Below are positions 26,026-41,546 of a stretch of 64,000 nucleotides of DNA, piece after piece. Location: contig OZ024742.1 in the NCBI GenBank assembly GCA_964016885.1, positions 328,848,001 through 328,912,000 on the forward strand, in the 5' to 3' direction. The position numbers were made by a program, and so were the translations under genes. Source of the stretch: Eledone cirrhosa (Eukaryota). Below the pieces are notes generated by a model. The model saw only the letters and a program-made list of their open reading frames with translations, searched no databases and had not been told where the DNA came from. Within the stretch, counting starts at the first letter, position 1; the number at the start of each line of letters is the position of its first letter.

Positions 26026-26642
26026 AAATAACTGATCAGAAAACGTTAATGATGTATGGCTACCATTTTGTGATATATCATGTATGACTATCTGCAACAC
26101 ATCCAATATAATTATCTACACGTGTTACATAAACTGTGAGAGCATATCTATCTATTTATGTTACATTTCTTATCAACAAATGTATGACATATGTATCTTT
26201 TATATGTGTGAAATACACTATTTCTAACAACCAATTCTTGTATGGAATTTACCCACGTATTTTTTTGGCGGTTTGATTCATAACTTGTTGGTTATATAAA
26301 TATTTGAAGGGACAATACTCATTAATTACGATAGCTTTATTGATTGGTGTTCAGTGAAAAGCCAGATCGAAATTTCCCTAATTAGTAAATTTTGTTAGGT
26401 AGATTTATGATGTGGATTGAAATTCTTTAACCTCTCTGAAATGAAGAACGGATATATTTTTGTCTATGTCTAAACGTCTTTGAAATCCTCATATATAACC
26501 CGTTTCTTTTCAGAATTTCACATAGGCATAAAGCATCTTGTCAAATCTAAGGTGCGATACACAACCATAATACCGAAAGAAATATCATATTAATGCGGTT
26601 TCTAAGTTTCATTCACTATGAAACGTCATCATCTTAGATGTT

Positions 26643-26690
<48 letters not shown>

Positions 26691-26892
26691 TACGAAGCAG
26701 AGCAAACGAAGTTATATATATATACATATATATTCATGCACGAAGCAGAGCAAAAGAAGTTATCGTCAACGTGGTACGTGTTTATTATCAAAGATCAAAT
26801 TACATTCCAAAATATTGCCCCTTAAAGAATGAACCTAATAAATGACCTAAATAGTGTATGTTCGTTTCAGTATAACCACGAATGCGTTATAT

Positions 26893-26945
<53 letters not shown>

Positions 26946-26952
<7 letters not shown>

Positions 26953-27669
26953 CGTAAAATAAGAAAATATTTAAAAAAAAATTTTAAAAAAATTTTTTAC
27001 TTACTTACTTAAATTTTCACTCCAACTAATTAGTTTCTGCAATGGGATAAAGACAGTTACATAATCCAACTGTCGAGAATTCATTGCGTCATCAGGGAGT
27101 CTATTCTCAGCTGAGCCTCCAGGCAATGCGCGGACACTAGCGGCTCATATAAAAATAATAATTCGGTAGAAAGAACAGCTAGGCGAGGACTGGATTCTAT
27201 GTACTGAAATTCTCACTGCTTCCAGTCAAATGTCCGATTCTAAAGAATCAATCACGTGACATAGAGGCTAGTTAGAAGGAATGGGATGGTAAGATGACTG
27301 ACGCCTACTAACACCCCAAAAAAAATTTTGAAGTGGTTTTGGCAGGTTTGCTCGACAAATCAGTAATTTGGAGATAAATATAGATAATTTAATATATCAA
27401 CTAACATAGGCGCACAGATGCACGTCCATGCCAGCAAATACACAGGTTATGTCATAGTACCTAGGTGGTTCAATGCAGGAGGGTGCAGAACAATAATATA
27501 AAAGACGTAAAATAAGAAAATATTTTTTAAAAAATTTTAAAAAAATTTTTTACTTACTTACTTAAATTTTCACTCCAACTAATTAGTTTCTGCAATGGGA
27601 TAAAGACAGTTACATAATCCAACTGTCGAGATTTCATTGCGTCATCATGTTAGTTGATATATTAAATTA

Positions 27670-27676
<7 letters not shown>
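26946..27676 (-). mobile_element. 553-bp PLE-type unit with a ~150-bp direct repeat and a short inverted 5' segment
   Basis: 26946-27094 repeated at 27499-27647; 27378-27407 inverted at 27647-27676; (TA)n flanks. Confidence 0.8.
27019..27100 (-). ncRNA. Hammerhead ribozyme with an enlarged stem II
   Basis: Minus strand actcc-CTGATGA-c-gcaatg..gacagtt/aactgtc..cattgc-a-GAAA-ctaattag-TT-ggagt. Confidence 0.78.
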
Positions 27677-27729
<53 letters not shown>

Positions 27730-27920
27730 CGTTTCCTAATATTTCCACGTCTTTTGGGTTTCTCTCTTCCAAATATCACTCCCCTTCATATCTAATTTCC
27801 GATGAAAATCGAACTTCCGAATCTTTAAAACACTCTTCCAACTTTTTTAAGCGTTATTCTGGTAAAGTTTTTTTCATGTTTTGACTTATACATCTCCCTG
27901 ATTCTTTTTATATCCATACA

Positions 27921-28306
<386 letters not shown>

Positions 28307-28869
28307 CATACAGACACATACATATATATGTAAGCATACACAAATAGACATACAGATCGCTATGCGCACACAAACGAGCACACGCATACACTCACATATT
28401 TATTTATGTATTTATTTTTATATCATTACATGTAAATATATAAATATATGTATATGTTGTCTTCTGTAGCACTTACACGTTGTCTACGCTGTTTGTTTGC
28501 GATCATTCCTCTCTAAGCACAACGAGTTGCCAAACTCTAAAGAATGAATATATTCTAACTCTCCTTCAGACAGAAAATGACTTTCTAAATCTTATATATC
28601 AACATTCGATCGGTTTTCGTCAAATCGGACCGAGGAAATTTGCTTTCTTCTGTGCCTCCTCTTCTTTCTGGTCTTAATATCTTCCTCCACATTGCCATTT
28701 TTGTAGTAAGTTTATCGTGATTCGTGTCTGCGCGTGCGGTTTTGCCCATGTTTGTGCATGGCTTTGACTTTTTCATGTGTGTGTGTTTTCTGTGTGTGGT
28801 GTTGTATCTTTTTTTTTATCCTATTCTGTCTTCAGTCGTAAGCTTGCAGCTTGTTAGTATACCATTTGT

Positions 28870-29560
28870 GCTTTATGTTCAGGCTAGGTCTATCTTAAAT
28901 TATGTGTGTGGCCTCCGTAATTTTTCTGAGCCTTGAATCGGTTCATGGTATGGATAGGATCTTTGTTTCTATTTATCCATTAAGCCTTCGGCTTCCAGTC
29001 TTATGTGTTGGTATAGCACTGATGAGCTTTGCCCTTCCATAAGTTCCAACCGGTATTCCTTTACACTCTCTCCTATAGTACAATCTGCCTCTCCTGGGTA
29101 TGACGTCTCGTTTCTGCAATGTCCCTTATAGACTACATTTCTGGTTTGGCATTTAGCTGCAGGCTTAGTTTACAGACTACACACTTTTTATCAATGCGAG
29201 GAGTTTTCCTAGAATATCCGATTTACCTGGTATTCTATGGGGTCTCCTGGTGTTTATACTACTTTCACCCTTAGGTTCAGTTTGTCTAATGCTCTTCTAA
29301 AACTATACGCTAGTTCGATTTAGGGTTAACATCGATGAATATGATACACTGGTATTTTTGGCTGTCATACCATGAGTTGGCCATCCATATTTTAGTCTTT
29401 TCTATGCCTTTTCAAGATTTGCTCCTGTAAAGTGGGCAAATCCCATTCGTTATCATCCTCCATAATGGCTTTGACTTCAGCCATCGCTCCGTTGCACACC
29501 CTCAACATGTTTTTTTGGTGGTAACCAGATAATTGCATGCGGTGGATAAAGTATTCTATA
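28870..29560 (-). pseudogene. Decayed PLE (RT thumb end plus GIY-YIG), similar to 25757-26025
   Basis: Minus strand KGHIEYFIHRMQLSGY; CQTRNVVYKGHC; SVLYQH; LRKITEATHI. Confidence 0.65.
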
Positions 29561-29825
29561 TGCCCCTTTCACTCAGTGGTATCGCACATGTGCTACACAT
29601 TTCTTATTAAACTTACGAGGTTCGGTATCAAGATATTAAATTTAGCACTATATCTGAGATCTGATGGATAAGGGACTTGGAGGCAATGTGTTTAATATAA
29701 TGTGAGTAACATTCTTAATTTCTAGCCAGAGTTCTGAGTTTAACTCGTGTAGTTGATGGTTGGGTGCTTAGTGACGTGATCTAGTTTTAAATTAATGCTT
29801 TGGTGGATGGAGGTAGCACACACAC

Positions 29826-29866
<41 letters not shown>

Positions 29867-30356
29867 CACACACAAACATACACTCTCTATATAAAACGAT
29901 TGTTTTCATTTTTAGCACAGCCACCTTCGATCACCGCCTTTTCAAACACAACCAACTGAAATTCTTATACACAACACTTGATTGAACATTTTTCCATTTA
30001 CGACGGGAATAGACGTGTTTTTTTTTCTCAAATACATTTTTTGTTCCTACCACTGCTCACTCTTTTTCTATCTTTCTATCAAACACACACACACACACAC
30101 ATACACAACACACACGTACACACTGCATTTGTTGTAGTGAAAGGAACGAACACTTTTTAAGTCACTAATAGCCTCGATGGTTTTCGTCGAGGCAGCAATA
30201 GGTTTAAGTGTAACTTGATATTCGATAATAAACAAATAGCAAGTTGATGATAACTGGGTGGCTCACCAATGCATGAAACATTATAGACCCCACCTAAATA
30301 TATATATATGTGTGTGTGTGTTAATGTATATATATAGATATAACAGAGTTTTGTAT

Positions 30357-30456
<100 letters not shown>

Positions 30457-31472
30457 CATATAATCAGTATCTAATGTAATGAGAGTTATGACATAAGATT
30501 CTTAAAAAATGCCTTAATATGATATTATTCCTTTCAGTAATATAATCGTGTATTTCTAAATAGAGTTGATAAGTGTCTTCAAACAGATGTGAAATTCTGC
30601 AAAGAAAATGGTTATATAAGAGGATCACAGATAATTTTTTACATACATTTGAAAACATAACTCTTTCAGCATTTTATAAATATAAAAGTAATTCGATATT
30701 AAATAAACATATTGAACAAAATTGATTAATTAGGAACATTTCGATCTGTAATTATACTGAACACCAATCGATAAAAAAAATCGTCGATAATAATGAGTAA
30801 TGTCTCCTCAAACATCTGTATATTATTAATCATTATCAATCTTATCTCGAACGAACACGTGGAATATAGTCTGAGTAGTTATATTCACAAAAGTAAAAAT
30901 ATTACAATTAATTAAAGAGGCATAAACGGAAACATTTAACATGAATATTAACAAACTTTGGTGTTAGCTATCTGAACGTTACCTTTTCATTCTTCTGTAC
31001 ACATGAATCATGATGTCGTGGATCATAAAAAACCTGGTTAGTATAGAGTGGATATAGTTATGTCCTAGCTTGATTAGTTAGGTAGCGGAAATTGGTTGTA
31101 CAATTTTAAAGGGAAACGGGTATGATTTTTTAATCCCTTTAAATAAATATGTAATCGGAATTTTTATAATTATGAAATCAATGAAACATATATCTCAGCT
31201 GAAGAATGGAGTATATGAACTAAACCACCAGAAAGAAGATCAAAGGCATCTCTAACTCTGTTGGTAAAAACACCTAAAAAAAATGCATGGATTGAAATGG
31301 GTTTCACTTGGATCGTGTGATATAACGATTTGACGGACGCATAAGATGATAATGAATTTTCTATATTTTGTTTGCAATGATCGGGTCTAAAAACATCATG
31401 AGTGTCATCAATTTCCATTCAAAAATGGGTAATGTGGGACAGAAATAATGAGGCCATTTTCTTTTAAACCAC

Positions 31473-31527
<55 letters not shown>

Positions 31528-32501
31528 GGAATTCCCGATGTATATCGTGAGGGGAAGACAAATAAAAGATGTACTCAATACATTAGTATAGTATAGGCTT
31601 ATTTACATCATGAAATTATTTCTACAGGTCCAGAAATGTTTCATCCGTAAGAAGTTTTAAAAATGTCATCAGGACTTACCTGATGATTTCTTGTTAATGA
31701 AACAGTTCTAATCCTAGTCATTTCTATAATAAATTAAATATACATATCAGTGAGGGGGAGAAATAAAGAAAGCGAGATAGAACAATATCACTGTAATTTA
31801 GTAGATATATAAGTTAACAATGATCAAAGAAAATATGGAAGAAACATATTGTAACTATTTTAAATGTGTGTAAAATGAAATAAGAGGCAGCGAATTGCCA
31901 GAACGCCGGCTAAAGAGTTTTGCGGTATTCCGTCTAGTTCTCTGTGCTTTTTTGAAGTTCAAATCCCGCCGAGGTCAACTTTGACTTTCATCTATTTGAG
32001 GCCGATAAAAAACGTACCAGTCTAGTACTGGAGTCGATTCTTCCTCTGTATCGCTTTCTCACATCCTCTCTGCCACTTTCCCATGCCTGAAGTGGGGATG
32101 GTCTCCGACAGCATTCAAAAACTGCCATAGAAACGTATGCGCCCCTACGACTCTATCATGAGTTACGGACAAAAGGAAAGGAAAATGTAATACACTGATG
32201 ACTTGTGTGAAACGAGTGAGGGCGTGAAAGAAATTTGGGGATTCAAGAATCTTTCTGTGAAATGCTTTAATGAAGGAATTATTTCCTTAACAAGTTAGAT
32301 ACACTTATCATAATCCCCGTCATTTTTGACGGCTACTCAGCTAGTATATACATACACACACATAAACACACACACACACAAATAAACACACACACACAAA
32401 TAAACACACTCACACACACACATATATATATATACATATGTATAGATATATATATACATATAAATATATACATATATATATATATATATACATATATATA
32501 C

Positions 32502-32541
<40 letters not shown>

Positions 32542-32566
32542 ATACATATGTATATACATATATATG

Positions 32567-32598
<32 letters not shown>

Positions 32599-33230
32599 AG
32601 TGAGTGAGTGTGTGAGTGTGTGAGTGTGTGAGAGTGCGTGTGTGTATGTGTGCGTGTGTGTGATTTTAAAGATTTCAACATCAAATTTTATCTTATCTCC
32701 ACATAAGTTTTCATTTATTTGTCTGTCAACTGTGTTGTCTTTCGTCTTTTGTATTTTATTTTAAATTTTTTATTCATCATTCTTCTTGTTTCCTTTCGTG
32801 ATGCATCAAAAATAACAACAATAACAACAACAACAACAATAATAACAACAACAGAGACACACCTCCTATGTTTTGCTCTCTAATCATATCTATCATCTCT
32901 ATATATCTCTACTTCAAATAATGACGTGTCCAACTTCTCCTAAACTGTCTCCCTACCTTAGTCTCCTTGATTAAAAACTGTGATAATGTTACCACTAATA
33001 TCTGGATTCATATGTCACTCAGCTGCTGGTTCTTTTCAAACCCCCAATCACCCCACACACATCTACACTTACAAACACACATAAACACGAATTCACTGAT
33101 ATCTTAAAGGCATAGCCTCTTATATATATATCTTGCATGTATACACATGTATATATTTACCTTAGGTACTGTTGCATACAGTATTTAAATACATACATTT
33201 GCATATGCAATTCACGCATAAGGACACACA

Positions 33231-33339
<109 letters not shown>

Positions 33340-33808
33340 TTCATTTTTGAAAATGTTTTGCAATATTTCTTACATGAAAACGTGTGTTGAAGTAGATATT
33401 GGTATACTTTGGGAGGGTCATGTTGCCAATAAAAACATACGCCCCTCTTAGTTTCATTTTAATTTATTATAAATTTACATTGGTTCTATAACCGGATGGT
33501 TGTTTATATATTGTCGAAGCTCATTCGTCAAACATTCCGTGACCTCCTCAGTAACTGAGTTTTTATTTTGTGTCCCTCGTTTGTTTTGTCCTACACCGTC
33601 TTGTTTTTGTGTGTTGTGGGTTCCACAAAGATATCGAGAAAGATGAGTATTGACGTACATGCACGTCACTACTCATCTTTTTCCAATACTTTGAGGGTTC
33701 TTAGACGCACTATCAGGCTAAAATATCTTCAGTCAAAAAAGAAAAAACGTATATATATATACATATATAGAGATTACATGGAACAAAGTTCTGTTTAAAT
33801 CATTTATC

Positions 33809-33855
33809 TGCTTACAATTGTTTCTTCCAAACCGAGGTTTGGAATCTTCGGAGCA
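33809..33855 (-). ncRNA. Hammerhead ribozyme with CCGAAGA core (sister copy 35903-35949 plus)
   Basis: tgct-CCGAAGA-ttccaaac/gtttggaa-GAAA-caattg-TA-agca. Confidence 0.72.
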
Positions 33856-33980
33856 ATTATTCAATAATTTTTAACATACTTGACCTCCTTTTCAACACAA
33901 GAGACATATAGAAACATATGTATATATTGCCCATCTAGACATCTACACAACATAATAACCGGCAGACTAACACCCAGAAT

Positions 33981-34417
33981 AATTGTAACTGTAGATCAAA
34001 TAGAACCTGCCCTTTAGATAAAAAATGCTTAACCAAGGATATCATATACTCATGCACAGTCACAACTAGCAACTCTTCTGAAACCTATATAGGCTCTACT
34101 TCAAACTGCTTCAAAACCAGATACAATTCGCACCTCCACTCTTTCAAAAAACACAGTCTAGCCAACTCCACTTCACTATCTAGCTACATATACTATCTAA
34201 AAACTAAAAATAAACCATATACACTTAAATGGGAAGTGATAGGTAACGCGTCATCGTACAAACCACCTAATAAATTTTGTAACGTCTGTCTACTAGAGAC
34301 CCATACTATCATCTTCTCAAACCATAACCTCCTTAATAAAAAAAAAAATCAGAAGTGTTCGCGGCTTGCCAACACCGCTTCCGACACTCCTTCCAAAACT
34401 TTAAACCCAATAGATAA
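33981..34417 (+). pseudogene. PLE Cys linker plus GIY-YIG endonuclease, one frameshift in a poly-A run near 34340
   Basis: NCNCRSNRTCPLDKKCLTKDIIYSCTV..TYIGSTSNCFKTRYNSHLHSF..CNVCLLE. Confidence 0.85.
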
Positions 34418-36152
34418 CAATGTCAGACTTGAACCCATCACCACCTCTAGCAGCAATCATCAGGGGCACACCTTACACCTCATCTCCACACCCATTAATC
34501 CACTTTAAAGCAAATAGTGACATCCTCCTAGTACCTTTTACCTTGGAGATATCCCCATTTACTTCTACATTTGGTATATTGGCCTTCAATTGCTTAGACT
34601 ACATTACACCAATGTAAACATTAAGCACGGAATTGGTTGTGCTAACATTATCCTGTGTATGTAATGCCGTCATTGGATAAATGGAAGATTAAGTAATTAA
34701 TTTATTAACATAAAAGACCTATATAATCAATATGCTGAGTGCAATGAATTATGTACAGGTGATATATGAGTTATAAATACATGTATGGCTTGATGGTCAG
34801 ATCAGTGTCTTTGTAAGTGAGAATTGATCTCTGGACTACCCTAGTGATATTTAACTTTGCCACGCAATCAGTCATGCAATGACCCAGAACTTACCAGGAG
34901 TCATATATAGAAGTGATTCTAATAAGACCCTGCCAGGTCCTGCCGGTTGACTACACTTACAAAGATCATTGATTTGGAGATCTGACTCTTCACGTGGAAT
35001 GTTCGGTGGGGGCACTCTATGATAGAAGGTAATCATCCTAATATGAACACCTTTAGTACTTCTTGATATACTACACTGTAATTTATAGATAAGATACTTA
35101 AATTTAGAAATTGATTATAAACTTATATGATGAGAACTCATTTGAAACACCATTAATGTACTTTAGGATAATAAATTTAGCTATAGAAATCGGCTAGTTA
35201 CCTCCCCTTACGCATTAACTCCCCTTAATCACACACACACTTCCGGAATATAATACAATGTCACCGCTCACAACAAAACCAACCTACTCTATGGAATCGA
35301 ATTAAAGAACGACAAGCTGTGATGTTCTAGCATGGTTCACCAGGCACCCAATGTTGAATCATCGTGGATTGTGAGATGGACATGTAGTCTATAAATTGCG
35401 TTTCCTGGATTGTGAGAGTGGTGGTGTGTACGAGGACAGTGGTGCTGTTTTGCTTCTCATTTGTAATATTTTTGATATTTTTGGTGTTTCTCCACACACG
35501 GGCTTCTATATCGTACAGGTGTGTGTGAATAATGCTTAACCAGTTCAGCCCCCATGATGCTCTTAATTGCCTGCTTTGACTGCTTGTTTTACTTGTAACA
35601 ATCTGCCGCACTATAATCTTGTATAAATAGGACACGCGTGCATGCCACACGTGTGACTATTGCATACACTGGCTACTCCAAACTTTCCTTTTGCTTTATC
35701 TTAGTAGACTGCCAATGTTTTATTTTAATTTTAATTTTAACTTTAATTTTGTCCTTTAATATGACTGTAATCTTTGTATGTAAATTACCATGCTATATTA
35801 TTATAATGGATGTCAACCCATTGTGGGTCAGTATATACATATGTTTCTATATGTCTCTTGTGTTGAAAAGGAGGTCAAGTATGTTAAAAATCACTGAATA
35901 ATTGCTCCGAAGACTTCAAACCTCGGTTTGGAAGAAACAATTGTAAGCAGATAAATGATTTAAACAGAACTTTGTTTCATGTAATCTCTATATAACTGCT
36001 CTGTAAAACAACTGATGTTGTTACATTGAGCTATTTATCTTACTGGTAATAAGATAGTAATAAATTACTGTCTTTCACAATTTAGGCTATAATATATATA
36101 TAACTATAAAAGGTTTTAGTATATACATAACCATAAATAGTATCCTTAATAC

Positions 36153-36268
<116 letters not shown>

Positions 36269-37005
36269 GGATTACATTTGGTGCCATAAACGTATTTGTA
36301 GATGTTAACGCACACTACTTAATCAACAGATGTTAACACCTTTCTTCATATAAGTATGGCCGATCAGGAAGTATAACCAACGGTGTAATTTCAAACCAGT
36401 GTTTGCCTTTCACAGGCCAACAAATAACTTTAACTATCTACGGATAGACTGCTTTTATAACATATTCTTGGCAGATATTGTGGTAAATATATTATTGAAA
36501 TCTTAGCAGTATTTGGTTTTAATATAGTTATACTGTTCGACAATGTATTTCTCTTTTATTCTTTTACAGGTTTCAGTTATTTTACTATCCCGAATCTCCG
36601 CCTTTATAGGATTCAGTCGATCATATAGATCCTGGTGGTTACTGTTTTTGTCAAGTCTGATATATAGATTGTCGATCTCTTTTTGTCTAACGTCTAACGT
36701 AATGGACAAATATAATGAGTAAAATTAAACAGAAAAATTTACACACAAACAAACACACGCACGCAGGCATGGGCAGACCTGTATAAGCTGGCAGGAGGTC
36801 ATATATTTTATCGTTCCTTTTAGCCCTAGGAAAAGAAAATGCTTCTCTGATGAGCTTTGGTTTTCCATCAGATATCCATCGGATTTCTGGGGTTTTACAA
36901 AGCGAAACTGATCAGTAAGGGCCATTAGGAGAGGTAAATATTTATATTATATTTTTTAATTTATTTTAAAAAAATTGGTTGAATTTTACTTGTTCTGCTT
37001 ATCTT

Positions 37006-37044
<39 letters not shown>

Positions 37045-37204
37045 GGGAAAAAAATGTTCGCGCTACATGGCTGAATACAATAAATGTAATCTGAGGTTTT
37101 CGAATGTTAATAATTGTTTTTACTTTTGGCACAAGACCAGCAATTAACCAGCGTATTACTGGTACTTTATTGGTACCCGTAAGGATGAAAGGCAATTATG
37201 CAAT

Positions 37205-37528
37205 CAAGCCTCACGTTTAAAGCCATGTCAGTAGAGTCGAACCCTTCATTATTGTAAACAGAACTGCAGACACTAATATTTCTGGGTATATGCAGATCTG
37301 ACTGATCAGCCAGTCTGCTAATATGCAAATTCAGGCCGATCAGTCACTGCATGCTTTTGAAAATAGCATATATTGTCACTAGCTCTGACAGTTGGCAGGT
37401 GAACAGTGAGCTGTACTTATGAAGGGTGATACCCAGAAACATTAGTGTCTGCAGTTCTGTTTACATGCCAACACAAGAGCAACAATGAAGGGTTCATTCT
37501 ACTTACATGACTTTTAAAATGAGGCTTG
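37205..37528. mobile_element. Fold-back PLE-type repeat with a decayed HHR at 37409-37456 (CTTATGA core)
   Basis: 37205-37289 inverted at ~37429-37528; agctgta-CTTATGA-a-gggt/accc-a-GAAA-cattagtg-TC-tgcagtt. Confidence 0.68.
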
Positions 37529-37608
37529 TTTGAATAAATTGCAAACGAATCGAATGTTATTATTCATTTTCGAAACACTCAGATTACATTTATTATATAT
37601 ATTACATT

Positions 37609-37649
<41 letters not shown>

Positions 37650-37651
<2 letters not shown>

Positions 37652-38130
37652 GTTGTATTTCCTGTCTGTTTGTTTGTTCAAACACTCCCCCTTTAGTTTT
37701 GAAGATAGACCCCCATAACCATATATATTCTGAAATTACATTGCCCAGGGTACTTGGATAATTATATTTAATTTTAATCAAAGGGTACCCCGTGGGGAAA
37801 AACCACCACTGAAAACCCCCGCTGAAAATTGTTTCCCCTTAAACCATAGTTAAATGAGAAGATATGATGCCTATTCACAAATGTTTTGAATTGATATTTT
37901 GAAAAATATTATTTACAAGAAACAAAATAAGAATAAGATTTAATAATTTAATTTTGATTTGATATATTACAAAAATGATGTTTTCCAATTTTGCATGCAC
38001 TACATTTTACATTGAGTAATATTAAAATGCAGAGTTTTTCTCCATAAATTATATCACTGATTTAAAACCAATCATCATTTTCTTACAAAAAATTGTGTGA
38101 AACGCAGCAAGGCGCGGGTAATTCAGCTAG

Positions 38131-38131
<1 letters not shown>
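37650..38131 (+). mobile_element. Non-autonomous Helitron-like element
   Basis: 3' end cgcagcaaggcgcgggta..CTAG-T; ctgtctgtttgtttg near the 5' end. Confidence 0.55.
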
Positions 38132-38206
<75 letters not shown>

Positions 38207-38329
38207 AAATATCCGAGACCCCCAATAGACAACTGATGAGGAAACCTCCCCCCGCCAACCCCGTTCTTGCTTTCTTCTTATTCTCATTCCATTTGTAAGC
38301 CTAACTTAACTAACAACTATGCAGCCATC

Positions 38330-38460
<131 letters not shown>

Positions 38461-39267
38461 GTATATATATATATATATATAATTCAAGAAAACTACAAAC
38501 AGAGATACACAAAAGTCTTAGTTTCATGCTTTATATTGGAATGAGGAAAGAAAGTTCGACGTGTCTGGCTTCGGCCTTTCCTCAGGAGTACATATTTGTA
38601 TATATATATATATACGCAAGACGGACTTCCCCACAGTACCCACTTCAATCGCGGATCAGTGGTCAATCCAAACTTGCCTAAGGACCTAAAACTGAAACCA
38701 CGTGGTTCGGAGGCGATCACTTTCTCCAACAGACATGTCTGGACTTTGTTAAAAGTCTTTCATTGCTTTGATTTCTCAATGTCTTCTATCCATTTAATCC
38801 TAATTATTAAACATATACCTTTCATTGTTAATTGATGCTAGTGGGTGCTAGTTTCTTTATAGTTGTGGGTGGTGGAATATGGAGGGGGGAGATGGTGGTT
38901 GAGGTTGTTATGATGGTGTTTGTGTTCGTGGCTTTTGGGAGGGGTTTGTTTTACTGTTGTTATCGTTCCTGCTGGTCGTGTTGATGACGGTAGTTAGATA
39001 CATAGTGTTTTTCGGTGTAATTCACTCTTTTTAAGAAAGTCTTTTACTGGACTGTATCTCTAATCATCAGATATGGCTTTCGTCACTGCAACGGGTTTTT
39101 TTCAAACTTAGACTGTTTGTTAAAATAACACTATCTACCCACTGGGAACAATTTTGAAGATAACGCTTCGCTTTTCACTGACATGATAAACTCATACATA
39201 CGCACACACATAAATACAAACTCGTATATATATATATATGTATGTCTGTGCGCGCGTGTGTGTATGC

Positions 39268-39317
<50 letters not shown>

Positions 39318-39803
39318 ACGTACGTACACACATACATACGTGCATTCACACATACATATTGTATATACATACGTAAATATCGTTGTTTAAGCCCGATATA
39401 CAAAATATTGCAAGATATGAACAATGTCACCAAGTTTACTTCGGGTTATATAATAATTGTTTTATTATGTGTTGCTATGATTGCTTCATCTTTTTATTTT
39501 CATAGTTGTTTCTAGTTTTATTTTATTATAAAGTCAGAGATAATGTAAAACATTCTCACATAAACACAAACAGTCTGATTTATACTGGAGTAAAATTTTG
39601 CAGCTGTGCAACGTTTTCTTAATGATACTATTGACGTCAGCGAAGAGAAACTGGGAAATATAAACAGGAACTTAAACAGAATAGAGGCGCATTAGTAAAA
39701 GGTGTATTAGTAAAAGGAGCTGAATATAAGATGTGTCCTAGAAAAAATAAGTGTGACCATTGTTCATTTAACTTGTGATAATATTTGCAGGTCGTTACAC
39801 TGG

Positions 39804-39883
<80 letters not shown>

Positions 39884-40056
39884 ATATATATATATGTATG
39901 TGCGTGTGAGTGTATATGTATACACATATATATCTCAAAAACTAATTTAATTAAATTAAATTAAGGGAGTCATGTCGAGACATGCGCCATATCCACCGTA
40001 GAATAAGCTCAAAGATTCTAATGAATAGATCCGAGCATTTTATATCAACTAGAAAT

Positions 40057-40095
<39 letters not shown>

Positions 40096-40193
40096 TATAG
40101 ACATAGAATATTCGAAAATATTCTGTATGTTTATAATAAACATTTTGAAGACCTAATCGCTATAGAATAGAATACGTCACGTATTACAATTAG

Positions 40194-40282
40194 ATTCTCG
40201 ATAAAAGCAAGGGAAGTAATCTACGCGTTTCATTCTCGTTAGAAATCATCAGGACTACATATCCAGTGCTTTTATCGAGAAT
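40194..40282 (-). ncRNA. Hammerhead ribozyme, inverted copy
   Basis: Reverse complement of 40397-40485. Confidence 0.87.
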
Positions 40283-40396
40283 GACACAGCTAGAGACTTA
40301 TAGAATTCCAATTTCTAATTTCTGCCGGACCGGCAACCGCTCTTTCAAACCAGTTCCTGTACACAGCTAAGTATTCTATAAGTCTCTAGCTGTGTC

Positions 40397-40485
40397 ATTC
40401 TCGATAAAAGCACTGGATATGTAGTCCTGATGATTTCTAACGAGAATGAAACGCGTAGATTACTTCCCTTGCTTTTATCGAGAAT
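40397..40485 (+). ncRNA. Hammerhead ribozyme, unit 1 (copies at 40707-40795, 41017-41105, 41327-41415)
   Basis: gtagtc-CTGATGA-t-ttct/agaa-t-GAAA-cgcg-TA-gattac within a perfect 16-bp helix attctcgataaaagca/tgcttttatcgagaat; predicted cut after 40457. Confidence 0.9.
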
Positions 40486-41546
40486 CTAATTGTAATACGT
40501 GACGTATTCTATTCTATAGCGATTAGGTCTTCAAAATGTTTATTATAAACATACAGAATATTTTCGAATATTCTATGTCTATATTCACATATATATCGCT
40601 ATTTCAGAGCATTTATTCCAATTTCTAATTTCTGCCGGACCGGCAACCGCTCTTTCAAACCAGTTCCTGTACACAGCTAAGTATTCTATAAGTCTCTAGC
40701 TGTGTCATTCTCGATAAAAGCACTGGATATGTAGTCCTGATGATTTCTAACGAGAATGAAACGCGTAGATTACTTCCCTTGCTTTTATCGAGAATCTAAT
40801 TGTAATACGTGACGTATTCTATTCTATAGCGATTAGGTCTTCAAAATGTTTATTATAAACATACAGAATATTTTCGAATATTCTATGTCTATATTCACAT
40901 ATATATCGCTATTTCAGAGCATTTATTCCAATTTCTAATTTCTGCCGGACCGGCAACCGCTCTTTCAAACCAGTTCCTGTACACAGCTAAGTATTCTATA
41001 AGTCTCTAGCTGTGTCATTCTCGATAAAAGCACTGGATATGTAGTCCTGATGATTTCTAACGAGAATGAAACGCGTAGATTACTTCCCTTGCTTTTATCG
41101 AGAATCTAATTGTAATACGTGACGTATTCTATTCTATAGCGATTAGGTCTTCAAAATGTTTATTATAAACATACAGAATATTTTCGAATATTCTATGTCT
41201 ATACTCACATATATATCGCTATTTCAGAGCATTTATTCCAATTTCTAATTTCTGCCGGACCGGCAACCGCTCTTTCAAACCAGTTCCTGTACACAGCTAA
41301 GTATTCTATAAGTCTCTAGCTGTGTCATTCTCGATAAAAGCACTGGATATGTAGTCCTGATGATTTCTAACGAGAATGAAACGCGTAGATTACTTCCCTT
41401 GCTTTTATCGAGAATCTAATTGTAATACGTGACGTATTCTATTCTATAGCGATTAGGTCTTCAAAATGTTTATTATAAACATACAGAATATTTTCGAATA
41501 TTCTATGTCTATATTCACATATATATCGCTATTTCAGAGCATTTAT

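Larger units (their letters stand above)
33765..36070 (+). mobile_element. 5'-truncated PLE with inverted terminal repeat (33765-33933 minus; 35824-35995 plus); right boundary approximate
   Basis: ~170-bp inverted repeats flanking a GIY-YIG coding fragment and long 3' region. Confidence 0.82.
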
